Assembly (NCBI GenBank): GCA_022605425.2
Contig: JAKIMF020000001.1
Location: 1,488,001 to 1,552,000 of the forward strand
DNA length: 64,000 nt
Reading direction: 5' to 3'
DNA from: Hamiltosporidium tvaerminnensis FI-OER-3-3
Lineage: Eukaryota; Fungi; Microsporidia
Shown here: positions 25,956 to 40,279 of the stretch, piece by piece
How the letters are laid out: every line of letters begins with the position of its first letter
Numbering within the stretch: the stretch's first letter is position 1
Position numbers and translations under genes: made by a program
Notes under the pieces: model-generated
Told to the model about the DNA's origin: nothing
The model's input: only the letters and a program-made list of their open reading frames with translations
The model's database searches: none

Positions 25956-26859
25956 TTTTAAAATATTTCACAAAAACCCAAACTCTTATATTCTTTTAAC
26001 TTATATTTTCATAAGAATTCCTACTTTTTTAAAAACTATAAAAACTCAAAATCACACTTTTATCATCTGTTTGGTTATATCACAATCTAAAACTAAATAT
26101 TTCTTAAATAAACTTTTGTAAAATTTTCAGTGTTTACTTTTTCGATATTAGAGCCTTTCTATTTCAATTGATATAATGGTTTCTTTTTTCTTCTAAATTT
26201 GAAGCAAATATTTTATTTTTATCAAAACAATTTTAAATTAGATGTCTAATAATATTTATGAATATTAAAATCATGTTTAATATATACCATACTTACTCTC
26301 GTAAACTACCATTTATAATAAAAAGTGCTTCATGGTACAGAATTTGGATAAACTCCCTAAAAAGTCCAACGTTTCTGGCATTTAAATGAAATAACACGAG
26401 TAAATGCAAATTTTTTTGCGCTTTAAATTAATACTTCATTTCTTACAAAGCAAAAATAATCGCTGATATGACGATTACGGTAATTTTTTTTATGATTTAT
26501 TACAGCAAAAAATATATCATTGAATTTATAAATTAAAGAAATCCTGTGGCTCTTGTTTTTAAAATATTTATTTGTATTTTCTATAGTTTAAATGTTAAAA
26601 GTATAAAGATTTTCTATTTGATCTGGTGTTCATATTTCTCATTTTTAAAAAAATTTGAATCTCACTCGTGAAACACTAATCTTTAAAGTAAATTCAATTT
26701 CAAAAAAATGATCTATTAATTGCTTTCAAATTTGAAGCCCGATTTTTTGTATGAATTGAACTTTTTTATAATTATTTGATATTATTTTTTTAATCAAAAA
26801 AAACAGATATTTTAACCGTATAATTTGGATTTATTAAAAAATAGATTTCCCTTGTATAA

Positions 26860-27684
26860 ATGACAAAAGAATTGTTAAATTATTCAGATGAAATTGATAG
26901 AAAAAAAAACTGTTCTCATACCTGTAAAATATGCAAACTTAAGGATTATATATCAGAAGATTGGAGAAAATATTTTGAGTCGGAATCAATCGATGAAATT
27001 CTATGTTCAATAATTAAGCGCCTTCACTCTACGCAATTTTACCCTTCGATCGAAGATATATTTAGATTTACTTATTTTTTCCCGTTAGAAGAAACCAAAG
27101 TCGTAATTATTGGACAAGATCCATATCATAATCAAGGCGAAGCAACAGGATTGGCATTTTCGGTATCGGAGACACATAAAAAACTTCCACCGAGTTTAAG
27201 AAATATATTAAAAGAAGTTTCTTCTAATTTTCCAAATGAAGTCAATATTAATATGAGGAATACTTTAAATAAATATTTCAAATCTAAAGAAAATAAAGAA
27301 AAAATAAACCATAAAATTAATTCCAGTGTAGATAAACCACTGAATGGATGCTTAATACGATGGTTACAGCAGAATGTTCTGCTTTTAAATTCTACATTAA
27401 CTGTTGCGCCAAATAAACCAAATTCACATTTTGGATATAACTGGCATATAATTACAGACAATTTAATAAATAAAATAAGTGAAAATTGCGCAAATGTTGT
27501 TTTTATGCTCTGGGGAAATTACGCAATTAAAAAAGAAATTCTTATTGATAGTAAAAGACACTTGATCCTCAAAAGTAGTCATCCAAGCCCCTTTAGCGCG
27601 GACATTTCTTTTTTTGGAAGTATGCAATTTAAAAAAGCCAATGAATATTTAATTCAGAACAATAAAAAAGAAATTGATTGGTAA
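26860..27684 (+). CDS. UNG: Uracil-DNA glycosylase (family 1)
   Basis: GQDPYH, GLAFSV, PPSL, VLLLN, FMLWG and HPSP motifs. Confidence 0.96.
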   Translation: MTKELLNYSDEIDRKKNCSHTCKICKLKDYISEDWRKYFESESIDEILCSIIKRLHSTQFYPSIEDIFRFTYFFPLEETKVVIIGQDPYHNQGEATGLAFSVSETHKKLPPSLRNILKEVSSNFPNEVNINMRNTLNKYFKSKENKEKINHKINSSVDKPLNGCLIRWLQQNVLLLNSTLTVAPNKPNSHFGYNWHIITDNLINKISENCANVVFMLWGNYAIKKEILIDSKRHLILKSSHPSPFSADISFFGSMQFKKANEYLIQNNKKEIDW

Positions 27685-29249
27685 TTTTGTATTTTTTGGA
27701 TTATCTAATATATAAATGTGGTAATTTTGTATGTGAATAAATTTTGTTGAAAATAATTAAATTGTTCTTTTCTTAAATTAAATAATAAACTGGGTTTGTT
27801 TATTTCATTATTTTATCTTATTTTTTTAGCAGAAAAAAACAAAACACATTGCCGATTTTTGCTTTCTAAACATAAGATATATATTCGGGATTATTATAAT
27901 AAATTTGCTTTTGATTTTGAATTTCTTAATTAAAATTTTATTGATATGGAATCCTAATGTGAAACTTTGTTTCTAGTTGCTATTTTTTTTTCAAAAATTA
28001 AAAGATTCAAGCAGAAAATTATAGTTGTATCCTATGAAAGATTTTTTCCGAACAAATATGAAATTATTTCATGAGAAATTAGTTCTTATAAACCCATGGA
28101 GACTGCTATATAATAACTTACAAATCCAAAACACATTTAAAGTTATAAAGCCAAGAATAGGTGTTTTTTATTTGAGTTATTTTTCGTTCCAATCCAGACT
28201 TATGATATAAAACTATAAATGAATCGGTTTTTTATGTTATCTAGAACATAGTTAATTGAATGATCAGAAACAAATGTCAACATTATGGATACAATGAAAA
28301 TAAAGGTTGCTTTCTATATATCATGTAATAAAGTACTTGGATAGTATTATATGTATTCTATTATAGAAGATTGACTTAAGCATATATTCTGCTTAAATAT
28401 ACTACGTTTTAAGCCGCTAGATAGGAAATCTAAAATTATTTGAATAAAGACACCTAAGAAAAGAAATATTTAAAAACTAAAAGGAGAATCAATACAAATT
28501 GGTTTAATTTTAGTATTATATTATTTTTCTGCCAGTATAAAAGCGTTTTAAAAGTATTCGACGAGCTAAAAAAAATCGTATGCTGAAAATACAAAGAGAC
28601 AATTACAAGTTTAAGGACATCATCTTAACAATAAAATTATAGGTATCCTTTATTAAATATATTCTTACTGTATAAGAAAAAAGAGCATTTAATTACGAAA
28701 TCAATTTTATTTAATCTGTATTTATCTTGTTTATAGACAATCATTTATTTGATTTGTGATAGAATGATTTGTATTTTACATAGAAATAATTTATAGTTCT
28801 TTTAATTAAACAAAATAGTGGATTGTGAGTTATTTTATCGTACTTCTAATTAACTAATATTAATAGATTTATTTTAGTATTCTTCATATATGGTATGGTT
28901 TTAAAGTTCTTTATCATACCTTTATCTGCTTTTGATCGTTGAAAAAAATGTAAAATATGCGACTTTTTTGAATAAACATATTCTTTCTCGTTTGCATTTG
29001 TGTCCAATATAATTAAACTTTTAATAAATCTATGTCTACCGTAATACATCACAAAATTCATCTTTTTTGGGATTATTGGCATTTAAGCACGACTATAATT
29101 CTCTTTTTCGCTGGAAGGAAATAATTTATTTTATTTTTCAGAACTGTCAACTTCATGTGTTCTTCTATTATCATGAGTATCAGAAGCTTTCTATGAGGCT
29201 TTTTATAATATTTTAAAAAAAACAAATTTTAATTTTAACACGATACTTA

Positions 29250-31450
29250 TCTAAACACTATTCCTTTGAATAAAACCCGCTAATATTACAGAATATCCTA
29301 CAAATTTGATTTTTTGGTTCGAAATTTGAAGCAAATCAGCAGAGTAATCCAGAATTCCATGCAATATTTTACTTTTATTTCTTACTTAAAATATATCTAA
29401 TTAAGCTTTGATTTTGGTTTTTAAATTCTTTTTTAATATGATATTAATCTCAATTGCGGATAGAACTCTAAAAGAATTCTTTAACAATGTGATTCGGCAT
29501 TATTTTTCTAGTTTTTAATATCTGTTTATTAAAGAGGTGTGTATAGGTTACATAATCAGTTCATTGTGTTATACGGTATATTCAGACACGAAAATTTTAT
29601 ATATCTAGTTGCCAACTACATTTTATTCATATCAGATTAAATAAAAGTGTGAAAATTTTCTTTCTGCATCAAAACATATTTTTTTAATGAATATAGAAGT
29701 AAAGGAATTCATTATGGAGTTCGATTTTCTCTTTTAAACCATCTACGAGTTATTAATATTCTTTTATTACGAACATATTTCAATCCTCTATTACTTATCT
29801 GTCTCGAAGATGAACAGATGAAACCTCAATGTATATATAGCTTTTCAGTATCATAAAATTGGCTGGGTCGGTTCTTTTTTCACTAACGCCAGTTTTATAG
29901 ATTCAAAAGATTTCAGCTTCCTAAGTTATTCTTTTTCTCCATCAATTCTTTTAGTTTCATTTTAATGAATCATAGTCTGAATTCTACGCCTGGATATTTG
30001 TTTTTAGGTCAGGTATTTATTTTTTCATGTGTTTCTTTTAAGATTTTGTGATTAGGGATTAAAAGAATTGGCATATAAATCCAAGGTGGTTTTCTTCCCA
30101 AAAAAATTCAGAGTAATAATATTACGTAAACTGCACATATAATTACAGAGATATAGTTTTTCATGTAAATATCTCACTTTCACTTATTTATGCCCTTGCC
30201 TCCTCTTGGATAACATAGATGGCTTCCCATATAATTTACAATTTTTATCTCGTATATAAATTATCCATAGGATTCTCTCCAAATTTTACTTTATGTCCAC
30301 ATGTTCTATTATATATTAAAGTAGAATGACATTATATTTGTGAAAGATGGTATTTAGTATTCTTTATATTTAAAATTTCCGCTTTTCTAGTTGCAATTAC
30401 ACCACCTTTTCGAAAGAATGCAATAATTTAAGACAATGTGTATATTTCATATTAAATACTACCTAAATCACCACCAAATTCTATTCTAGACAACAGAATC
30501 ATGTTCCGATCTTGGTGTATATTTTCTTCATCAGCACTATATCTACTTCCTTAAATGGCAAGTTAACTTAGTCGAAGCGAGTAAAAATATGCCTACATGC
30601 TACTGAACCATCGATATCTAGTTTTGATGGATTCAATGAAATGTTTTTTTGAATTAATCTACTGCGTCAAGCCTATCTATTCTTGATATTCGTTTTTTTC
30701 GTAGTTCTTTAAATGAAAATATTGTTGGATTTTCTTGCTGCGTCATTCATTTCATAGAATTTCGAAACCTCAGCTCCTTCTGAGTTGTAGCTTTATTCTT
30801 AATAATATTTTTTTATTTACATGCTTCATTTGTATCTAGACTTATTAACTTCGGATGCATTCCACTTTTCTAGCTAATATTGCTAAATTTGGTAGGCGAT
30901 TCAAGCCGCTTTTGATTCAAATTTTTAAAAGTATTTTTTTTTTCTAATATCTTTAAAAAAATAATAACCGAGAGTGCCTCTTTGTGAAGCACTTATTCTT
31001 GTAAAATTGATTTCGACGCTTGAAGAAATAGCTATCATGCATGACTGGATTTCTTTATATATTTGCTTGGTTTTTAAACCAGAAATTACAGAAATAAGAC
31101 GATTTGGCAACTAAGTCAGATTTTTTTTTTAGAATGATGTTTGAATAATGATTTATGTGATGCGCTTGAATAAATAGTTACAAAGTTTCTTTAAAGTACC
31201 ACAATAAGCATCGGAACATATAATAGAAGCACATCTTTGTTCGTATGTCACACTGAAAGGCAATACAAACTATTTCTTTTTGTCGAATAGTACAGATCAA
31301 ACTCAAGAAAAAATGCTGATAAGATCTCATTAAGGCACACGAGATTTCATACACAAGAATGAGATGCTTTGACAACCTTTACATCTATTGATATACAATG
31401 ATATATCGTGAAAATTTTAGGTCAATAAATACTAAATTATTGTACGCGAA
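29250..31450 (-). mobile_element. Very degenerate RT/RLE non-LTR element (distinct subfamily)
   Basis: Minus-strand fragments LCYPRGGKGI (~30190-30220, cf. RLYLPR..GGRGL), EYTV*HNELIM (~29545-29585, cf. DYTRRHNEVV) and SLNPSK (~30625) occur in the expected order; boundaries approximate. Confidence 0.5.
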
Positions 31451-34400
31451 CTTGTTGCAAAAAGACTAAATCTAAACATCGCCTCACATATAGAAGTAGA
31501 GTATAGAGTTAAATAAACTCTTACTAGAAACAGATAAAAACATATAAAATAAGCTGATATGGCGGAAATTGACTCTGCGTTAAATTTTTTTTGTTATTTG
31601 TATTTTTTTAAAAAAAATTTACTGTTATGTACGAATTTGAATATACTGAGAAAAATAAAAGCTGCATATTTTACTTTATTCTATTTTAGTTTTTGGGGAT
31701 TATGGTAAGTATACTATTAACACTTATAAATATAATTCTCGAAAGATGAACCCAGAGTATATACTATCAACAAACTATTTATAACTAAAAATTTTGCCTT
31801 TAAAAACATACAAAAGAAAATGAAAATAGGCAAAAAGTAAAAGCTACACAAGCCAGTAAAAAAATCGAACGACTTTTGAATGAATACAAACCAAGAACCA
31901 TAACATAACTACGGTCTAAAATTATCAAATAATAAAATATAGCAGAAGTTCTTTAAATATCTTTCATAATTTTTATATCTGTATTTTGTTTCTGCAAAGC
32001 AGAAAATTGTGATTCCTTATTTATTTCATCGAATGATCATTTTTGGATTGAGACAAGGGAACTGTCTCTTTAAGACCTGTTTTAGAGCGCGTAAAAACTA
32101 AATTATTTATAAATTCGTCTAGGTCGTATAGTGGATGAGCATTTTATCTATTTAAAAATTCCTGCAATATAAAGTATTCTTTTTATCTTCAAATGTTTTT
32201 CTTTGTATTGATTTTAACTTCAATATATTAACATCTATTTTCTTTCATAATACGCAATAGATATCTAAATAGAATTTATATCAATTCTCAAAAACAGAGA
32301 TTAGATAGTCAACAATGTAGTTATTAAACTAAAATTACAACGCAAAGGAAGCAAACAACTATATAAGCGGAAAAGAATCAAATTTAAAATTAAAAAATGT
32401 ATATTCTTTTATTGCAAACCAATTGCGTGCACAGTACAGATCAAACTTGTTATTTACTCTTATTTCAGATATCGAAACCATATATATAAACAATCCTGAA
32501 TTACAATATATTATAAAATAATTTTCATGTTTAGTTCAAGCTCAAGTTTGTATACTTAACCAGTATATATTAAAAAAATATTATTTTGCACTATAATTCC
32601 CGTAAAATATAAATGAATCGTGTTTTGCGCGTTTTATAAGCCTGTTTTTAGCTTAAAAACCATTTAAATAATGCCTGTAAAAATATAAATATGCCCCAGG
32701 ATATCACAAAAGGAATTTTTAAAGCACTAAAAATTCAATGTGCTTAATAATTCGGGGCACAAAAATTAGAAGGTTACATATATTAAGGTAACTAAGTCAT
32801 GCGTCTAAATCCAAACTTATTATTTAAAAAATTTATTTACCGCATTTTGTAACAAGCAAAGGAAAAAATTTGTGAGCAGTTCAAAAAAATCATTTCTATG
32901 AAATACTGAACAAAATTAAATTTAATCAGAAATCTAATAAGAAATATAATCTAAAAAAATATAAATATTTATAGGCGATGTCATCTAAATCCTTAAATAA
33001 GTACTGGGGCAATCTTGTCTTTTACCTTAGTGTTATATCCATCCTTTATAAGTAATTAAACTGTAAAATTTGCAATGTATATGTTAGTTACAAGGAACAA
33101 ATCAACTATATTATTTTTAAGAAAATCACTAAACAGATATTAGAGTATAAAATTTAAGTTGCTAAAGCTTTAAAACAAAGAATAATATATTGTATCTAGA
33201 TAAAAATCAACATGAGTTTGAAATATTAAAACCTGGCTGTATAATTGCAATTTTGTGGAACAATAAGGACTAGAAAATCCGAAACTTATAGATTTAAGCA
33301 TGGAATATAAAAACATAAAGATGGCAATGGTGTGGTTATAAAGATGCAAGAAAATAAATTTTAATTAATTCTTGATATTTTAGATTATTATATATCTTCA
33401 ATCGCATATATTTATATTCATTATATTTAAACCATTTGGATTATTTAAACAATAATTTTTTTAATAAATAATAAATTTTAAACTATCAATCTTTGGTATT
33501 TCAAGTTTAGTTGTAAAAAAATGTTTGGTTTCTTTTAAATGTATTTTATCAGAAAAATCGAGTCTACGTATGAAAAATTTTTTAAGGCATAAATTTGCGA
33601 ATTTTTAAGCCATAATTGGAATCAATAATATTAGAAACTTTAATAGCCTGTAAACTTATTATTCGCTTCTTGGCTTTATCTGCGTATTTATAAATTTTGG
33701 ATTCGCAGTTATATGTATATTTTTATAACAGAGCAATGTTTCGTGATAATTTAAAATTATGGTTTACCCAAATTCGGTTAATGACAATTTAAACATTAAA
33801 CTTATCAACATAATGAGTTTTTGATTCGGAAAATTTTCAATATAAAAGCCATCTGAATGAAATCGATTGAATAGTCGCCTCTTGTTATCAGGATTATTTA
33901 CTTTGGTATTTTAGATATTTCTGTTCTACTGGTCGTGTTGTCATAAATAATGGGTGAATTACAAATCTGGATAATTCTATTTTTGCTGTATTTATTATAC
34001 ATTTTCTTTTATATGATGAGCTTTCAGTTCTCTGTAAATCCCTGATTATGAAATATAACCTATAATAAATTAGAGACTAGATCTAACTCTTCTATTTCAA
34101 CCCGATCATCAAGATGATTAGAGCATAATTACTATAATTTAGCTTATAATACTCCGTAATTAAAAATCTAAATTCGATAAAGAAAGAATAGTATGGATAT
34201 CACTGTTTAGGATCTATTTCTGATCAAATATCGTTAATAGTTATACAAAAAATCTTAATTAGAGATAAATAGACAATACAAATAGCCTTGATTTGTTTTT
34301 TGTTGCTCAGATAAACTTTGGGATAATATCTAGGAATTATTAACATGCTTATGAGGTATTACATTGAGAATGGAATTTCGACTAACTATTGAAGCGTTGG

Positions 34401-37400
34401 AAAATTACGAATTCTATCAATTGAAAATACATGTTAAAAAAGAAAGTTCTAACTAAATCGAATTCTAAATTTTTACCTGAACCATGTAAATTTTCTGTTT
34501 TTCCATTAAATAATTCCAAATGATGTATTGAATTCAATCAAAGAAATTTGAGATAAAAGTCCATAAATCTACGGTCTAAGCCCGAAAACTCATGTGAATT
34601 TGGTGGTTGTAGAGCTTCAGGCCTCATTTATCGAATATCATGCGAATTTTCAGAATTTTATATATTGATAAAATATTTCTCTTGTATCATGCAAGCTATG
34701 CGGATATTCAATGGACTTCAACATCAAATAAGAAGCTTGGCTCTATTTAGAGTAAAAATTAAAAGTAAAATTTGAATTCGTGATCTATATATGTTTTATC
34801 AGGAAAACGAGTAGAAATAATTGTTTTTTTTCTGAAATAAATGCGTTTAAATAAAATCCATGTTAGCTTAAATTTAAATGAACCTATGAAATGATGTGTT
34901 CTTAGGCTTATGCTAAAAAAATATTTTTTTAGTTTCATAAAATAAAATAAAAACCAAACGAAAAAAGAATCATTTGTTTGAACTATTTTGGGTTTGATGC
35001 TATCGTAAGCTATATGAATTGTTATATCAAGGATATAATGACTTTAGATTGCATTTCTGTTTTTGAACATTTGGAACAATTTTTAATGAAAACGCAATTA
35101 TATTTATATCCTGATTCTTTTTTTATATGATTTTTTCAAGCCATACATTTTTTGCTTAATGATTTTATAAACATTATATATTGTTTTTCTATCCGGAAGC
35201 TCCTGAAATTGATGATATTTATATTTTTTTCATTAAGTGCTTGTAAGCATGCATAAATATCTTTATGATTATAAAATTCAAACGTTAAGAATCAGTATCA
35301 GTTAAAACTTTTACTGTTTTCCAACTTATCTGACGCTAACGGCAAATCAATATGAATTCATGCACCCAAAACAATCATATGTATGTCGAACCTATATAAG
35401 TTAATGTTAGCGTATGTGCACATTCTAATTTTAAGTGAAAGTGAGGTTTAGTCTCTGAAAAAAATTAATGGGTTTCAGAATCAAAATACAATTTTAATAT
35501 ATGTTCTATATTTACCTAGTTTGGTTCTTTGAGATTCGTGTGTGTAGACGCGCTAAAATTGTGAGAAAAAGGAACAGATATTTGGTTATTCTCTTTTTAA
35601 ATTAGTAGCAGTAAGAGATATGCAAGAAATAGTCCTTACCAATATATTTGCCAAATAAAAACATGGAAATATTTTTAATCTATTTTTTACTATTTTAAAA
35701 ATTGCCAAGCAGATTTTTAATCATACTTTTTGATTAAATCATTGTGAGACTAAACTTTCTGGAGAACGTCAAAAATTTATTTTATCAACAATATCAAAAA
35801 GAAAAACCGAAAATTCCAGTGAAGCCGAAAAAACTAAGGTAGAATAGAAAAAAATCCAGCAAGAAAGTATTTTACCCACTCTTTTATTTGATTATATTGA
35901 TAAATTGAGCCAAATTCCCATAAGAAATACATAAAGATGGCAATATACGCTAAAACGAATCCCTGAACAACAAAAACTCTTATCTTCACTGCCAATCGTA
36001 AATATATTACGGCATTTTAGTTAATTAGCACTTATTTAGATCTTTGAGACCAAAGGGTTTTTCAAAATAATTTGTTTAAAATTAATAATTAGAAACTGGT
36101 TGTAACTGATAAGATAAAGAAGATCTTAAATTGTATAGATAAATTCGAGAGCGGTGAATTTTGGAGGAAATATACGTATCTACACATAATCCGACAATAT
36201 TTTTAACCGGAAATGTACAAACTAACTAATATCGATGGTTTAAATACTTTTCGTGCGAATATAAATTCATAAAAATCTTTTTTTAGTTTATTTAAGTGGG
36301 ATATCACACATCTATTATAGTGGGTTTGACTTGATTATATTGAATTAATCGTTAAGCAATTCTGTATATTAGTGTTGATATAGAACAGCAAATTACACTA
36401 GAAAAATATACCGAGATTTTGCACTGGAAAGAGGATTTGGAAGATATATAGAAGATTTTTGGTTCTAAATAGAACATATCTTCTTTAATTTATTTTTTTT
36501 TGAACTAACTAGGAATATACAAACCAGAGAAGCAGAAATAAGAGAAGTTGAAACTAAACATTAAACTCACTTTGTATAATAAAAATATTTTCATAATTTC
36601 AATGTAATATATAACTAACGTTGTGAAAGACAAACGTACGTAAATTAACCAACCTAAATATATGACAAATATACAGTAAAAAAACTACATTGATAATTTA
36701 ACGAGGTAGAAATGATTAACTAAAGAATATTTTAGACTCTTCATGATAATCAAAAGAAAAGCATATAATGCCACCTGTCATGCTGCAGGTTTTTGATATA
36801 TCCAAAATATAGATGTATTTTGAGAGACAAAAGGAATTCGCAATACTAAATAAAGTCTTGAAAAGTTGGTTACTAGATCTGTCAAAATTTTTGTACGTAA
36901 CTACATCTACTAATTCCAAGCCAGTACAAATTCAACCCCTTAAAACGAATTAGGAGCTTTTTTAAAGGAACTTTTGAAATGATTAAAAAGAAAATAGTAG
37001 TAGGACAACTGAATAATCCGGAATTAAAAATTATGAATTTCAAACCAGATATTTTTATAAGCAAAAAAAATAATAGCTCGGGTTGAACTCAGCATCATTT
37101 CGAATGTGCGCTTCGAATTATTGAAATATAATTTTATTTATTTCGACTTTTTAGAAAATTAAGAAGTTTTAGGACTGGTGTTGAGATTTTCGCTTTGTGA
37201 TAACTGTGAGGGGGTGATAAACAGATACTAAAATCGAATTTTAAATTTCAAAAATTATTTGGTCTAAAACAAACCTGATGGTACTCAAAAATATTTTTTA
37301 ATTCCTTGTCTTGTTCAAAATTTAAGGTTACCTATAAATTAACGGCTAATTGGCTAATTAAGCGCGTAAAATAATATTACAGGAAGCCAAGAGTCACAAG

Positions 37401-37612
37401 CAACTTATGACTTATTAAAAATACGTACCAACCGGAAGAAAATATTTTTAAGCCAATAAGGTCGTAAAATATAAAATTACAATTCAAATAAAAAGACTAA
37501 TACGATTTAGCGATTCAAAATATTTTTATAGTCGAATAGATTAGAAGACAAGTAAAATGAAAGAAAAATAAAATAACTGGCAAATTATAAGTCGAAATAT
37601 ACCGCTAAATAA

Positions 37613-38064
37613 TTAATCTTTAATACCTTCACCTTCTTTTGTTCCGATTTCATCAATATCACTAGTTATACTGCCTTCGGATATATCAATTAAGTCATAA
37701 TCAGATAAATGCCGATCTTTATCATCAAATATTTCTTCATTTGAAGAAGCAGATGAAGCCTCATCTATCATATCATCTTTTTTTGTGTCGTCATGCCTTT
37801 CTGATACCCCAATAGTAGATGCATCTCCATTAGCTTCTGCTTCTAACGGCTCTTTATGTTCATTTCTAGGTTTTTTATTGCCGTAAAACATCGCAAATTC
37901 GGTTCATGAGGATGAAAACATTTTTTACATAAATTACCCGAATCTTTGCTACTATCAACTTCTTCATTCTTTTCAGAACATAATATTCCCAACAAAAAGA
38001 AAATTAAACATAAAAATTTAATCGAAAAAAAAATATTTTCTACCGCTTTTCTTACTTTTACCAT
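37613..38064 (-). CDS. Probable secreted/membrane-anchored orphan protein split by a single frameshift
   Basis: A 73-aa ORF with N-terminal hydrophobic stretch and CKKC-HPH-C overlaps a 92-aa acidic ORF. One extra A in the A6 run (+ strand T run 37871-37876) joins them into ~150 aa. Confidence 0.55.
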
Positions 38065-38662
38065 TTTTTATTTTTAAGGATCACAAATAAGAACTAATTG
38101 GATTAAGGTTTTCTTAATTTAACTATAAAAAACCAAATTTGTGCCCAAAAAGTATAAATTAATTTTTTTTTATTTTATAAAACTCTTTATTTCTAATCGA
38201 AAAAAAAATTTTTTTATCGAAAATTTCTTCTTTAAATTAAATACTTTTTGTAAATCTCTGATAAATATTTTAAATGTTTTTTAAAAAAATGAAAAATATA
38301 TAAAATAGCATTCAAATGCCTTTAATTTACAAATAATATACAATCAACTGTTATTCTTATCATTTTGAATTCAGGATTCTTAAAATTGTAATTATAGAAA
38401 TTATAAATTTGATAATTCATATAAGCGTAGTCTTAATACTTTTATTTTATTTAAAAGTGATATTTTTATAGACTTTAATAAGAATTATTCTTACATATTT
38501 TGAAATCTGATTACTTTTATGATTCTTAGATGCCAAAATTAATTTTAAAAATTACAACTAAAAAAATGGCATAAAATACACGCAAAAAGAAACAGAAATA
38601 ATGAAAACTCGAGTTTGTAAAGAATTAAAACAAAATATAAAAGAAAAATTCCATGGTTTTTT

Positions 38663-40279
38663 TTATTTTTTCTCGAACTTAAAAATTTTAGAAGAATCAG
38701 AATCTCGATTCTCGCCATAAGAATTCAAGGTCTGTTTGATATTAAAATCAAGAATATTACCAAGACCAACCATTATTTTAATTTCGCATGATGGTCTTTG
38801 AATTAGTAAATCGGTCATTTTTCTAGAAAATTCTTCTTCGTTTTTTACACCCAATATAGGCCATTCTTTACTAAAGGTTGGTGCCATCTGGAGTACTACA
38901 CCGTATAAATCATTTTCGAGTTGCTTTTTATCTTCGTATGGTTTCCTATTTCCATATCCCATATCTCCATTAGAAATAATATTTTCTTTCATATTATTAA
39001 AAAAACTTGGCATTGAACCACCAAACATACCTATTTTTGAATACCCCAATCCGACATCTGGTTGATATGAAAAGCTATCGCTATTAATTTCCCTGGCAGC
39101 AGCTCTTTCCATTTTATTTTTAAAAAAAGCAACAGAAAGTTTCTGGCCATCCAAGTAAATCTCATTACCCTTTTCCACCGCTATACTCGCTTCATCGGGA
39201 GTAGAATAACAAACGTATGCAAACTTGACACCATTTTCCACATTAAAATCCTTTCCCAAAGCAAAACTAACGATATTTCCAAATTTTTTAAAAACATCTT
39301 TCACCTCCAATTCTTCAAAACAGCTTGGAATATTTGTCACATATAAATTTCGCTTATAATTTTGACCTTCCAAACTCATTTTTGAAATGTAATTTCTCAT
39401 TTCCTCTTCACGTTCTTCTTTAAGTTGAGCGCGTTGAATATAAAATGGTTCCTGACATTTCACCGAATCATCTTCAGTTTCTGTAAAAACATATTTGTTA
39501 TGCAAATTTTTAATGGCTTCTAAAGCGCTGGAATTTTCAGAAAAATTTGCAAATGCAAATCCCTTCGGTTGTCCATTTTCTTTCAAAGGCATATAAAAAG
39601 ATGTAATCTCACCATATTGTGTAAGAATATTTGTCAAATCATTCTCTGTTATATTACTAGGAAAGTTTTTTATATAAACGTTTGTAAATTTATTTTCCAA
39701 AACATTTTTTCCAGAAACAACTTTATCTTTAGAAACATATTTTTCGATTTTTAATTTATTGCCTCTCATCAGACACTTATTGGCTAAATCTATAGCTTTT
39801 TTAGCAGAAGCTGGATCTTTAAATTGTATAAAACCAAATCCTTTGGATTTTCCTTTTGATGTCGTTGGAACCTTACAGCTCATTATATCTCCAAAGACTT
39901 TAAATGTATTATAAAGTAATTGACTGTCCACGCTATCTGGTAAATTTTTAACAATTATATTTTTACCAGCTACGGATTTAACCAAGGATTTATCATAATG
40001 CATTACACGCATTTTTTTACCGTGCAATTCCGTAAAATTCAATTCCATGACTGCATTGTCCGCATCTTCTTTTTTTAGATACGAAATATACGCGTAGCAT
40101 TTGGATGCGTGTGGATTGACAATATCAGTAGCGATATTGATCATCTTGATGCTGGTCACAGTTCCAACAGCAGAAAATATGCGATAAAGATCCGATTCAA
40201 GTGTTTTAGGTGAAAGGTCCCCAACGTATATCGGTGTGTTGGTAGGAACACCATCAGTTGATGCATTTTTTGTTTCCAT
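38663..40279 (-). CDS. PAB1: Polyadenylate-binding protein (4 RRMs + degenerate MLLE)
   Basis: RRM motifs IYVGDL, KGFGFIQF, NVYIKNF, KGFAFANF, NLYVTNI; first ATG at 40279 (ORF track starts at upstream TTG); GGGCCC upstream. Confidence 0.92.
   Translation of the reverse strand: METKNASTDGVPTNTPIYVGDLSPKTLESDLYRIFSAVGTVTSIKMINIATDIVNPHASKCYAYISYLKKEDADNAVMELNFTELHGKKMRVMHYDKSLVKSVAGKNIIVKNLPDSVDSQLLYNTFKVFGDIMSCKVPTTSKGKSKGFGFIQFKDPASAKKAIDLANKCLMRGNKLKIEKYVSKDKVVSGKNVLENKFTNVYIKNFPSNITENDLTNILTQYGEITSFYMPLKENGQPKGFAFANFSENSSALEAIKNLHNKYVFTETEDDSVKCQEPFYIQRAQLKEEREEEMRNYISKMSLEGQNYKRNLYVTNIPSCFEELEVKDVFKKFGNIVSFALGKDFNVENGVKFAYVCYSTPDEASIAVEKGNEIYLDGQKLSVAFFKNKMERAAAREINSDSFSYQPDVGLGYSKIGMFGGSMPSFFNNMKENIISNGDMGYGNRKPYEDKKQLENDLYGVVLQMAPTFSKEWPILGVKNEEEFSRKMTDLLIQRPSCEIKIMVGLGNILDFNIKQTLNSYGENRDSDSSKIFKFEKK

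Noticed and set aside
34000-37100. Possible MULE transposase or other gene relic (e.g. CEFGGCRA near 34595)
   Set aside because: Too degenerate; no convincing catalytic motifs or TIRs by eye
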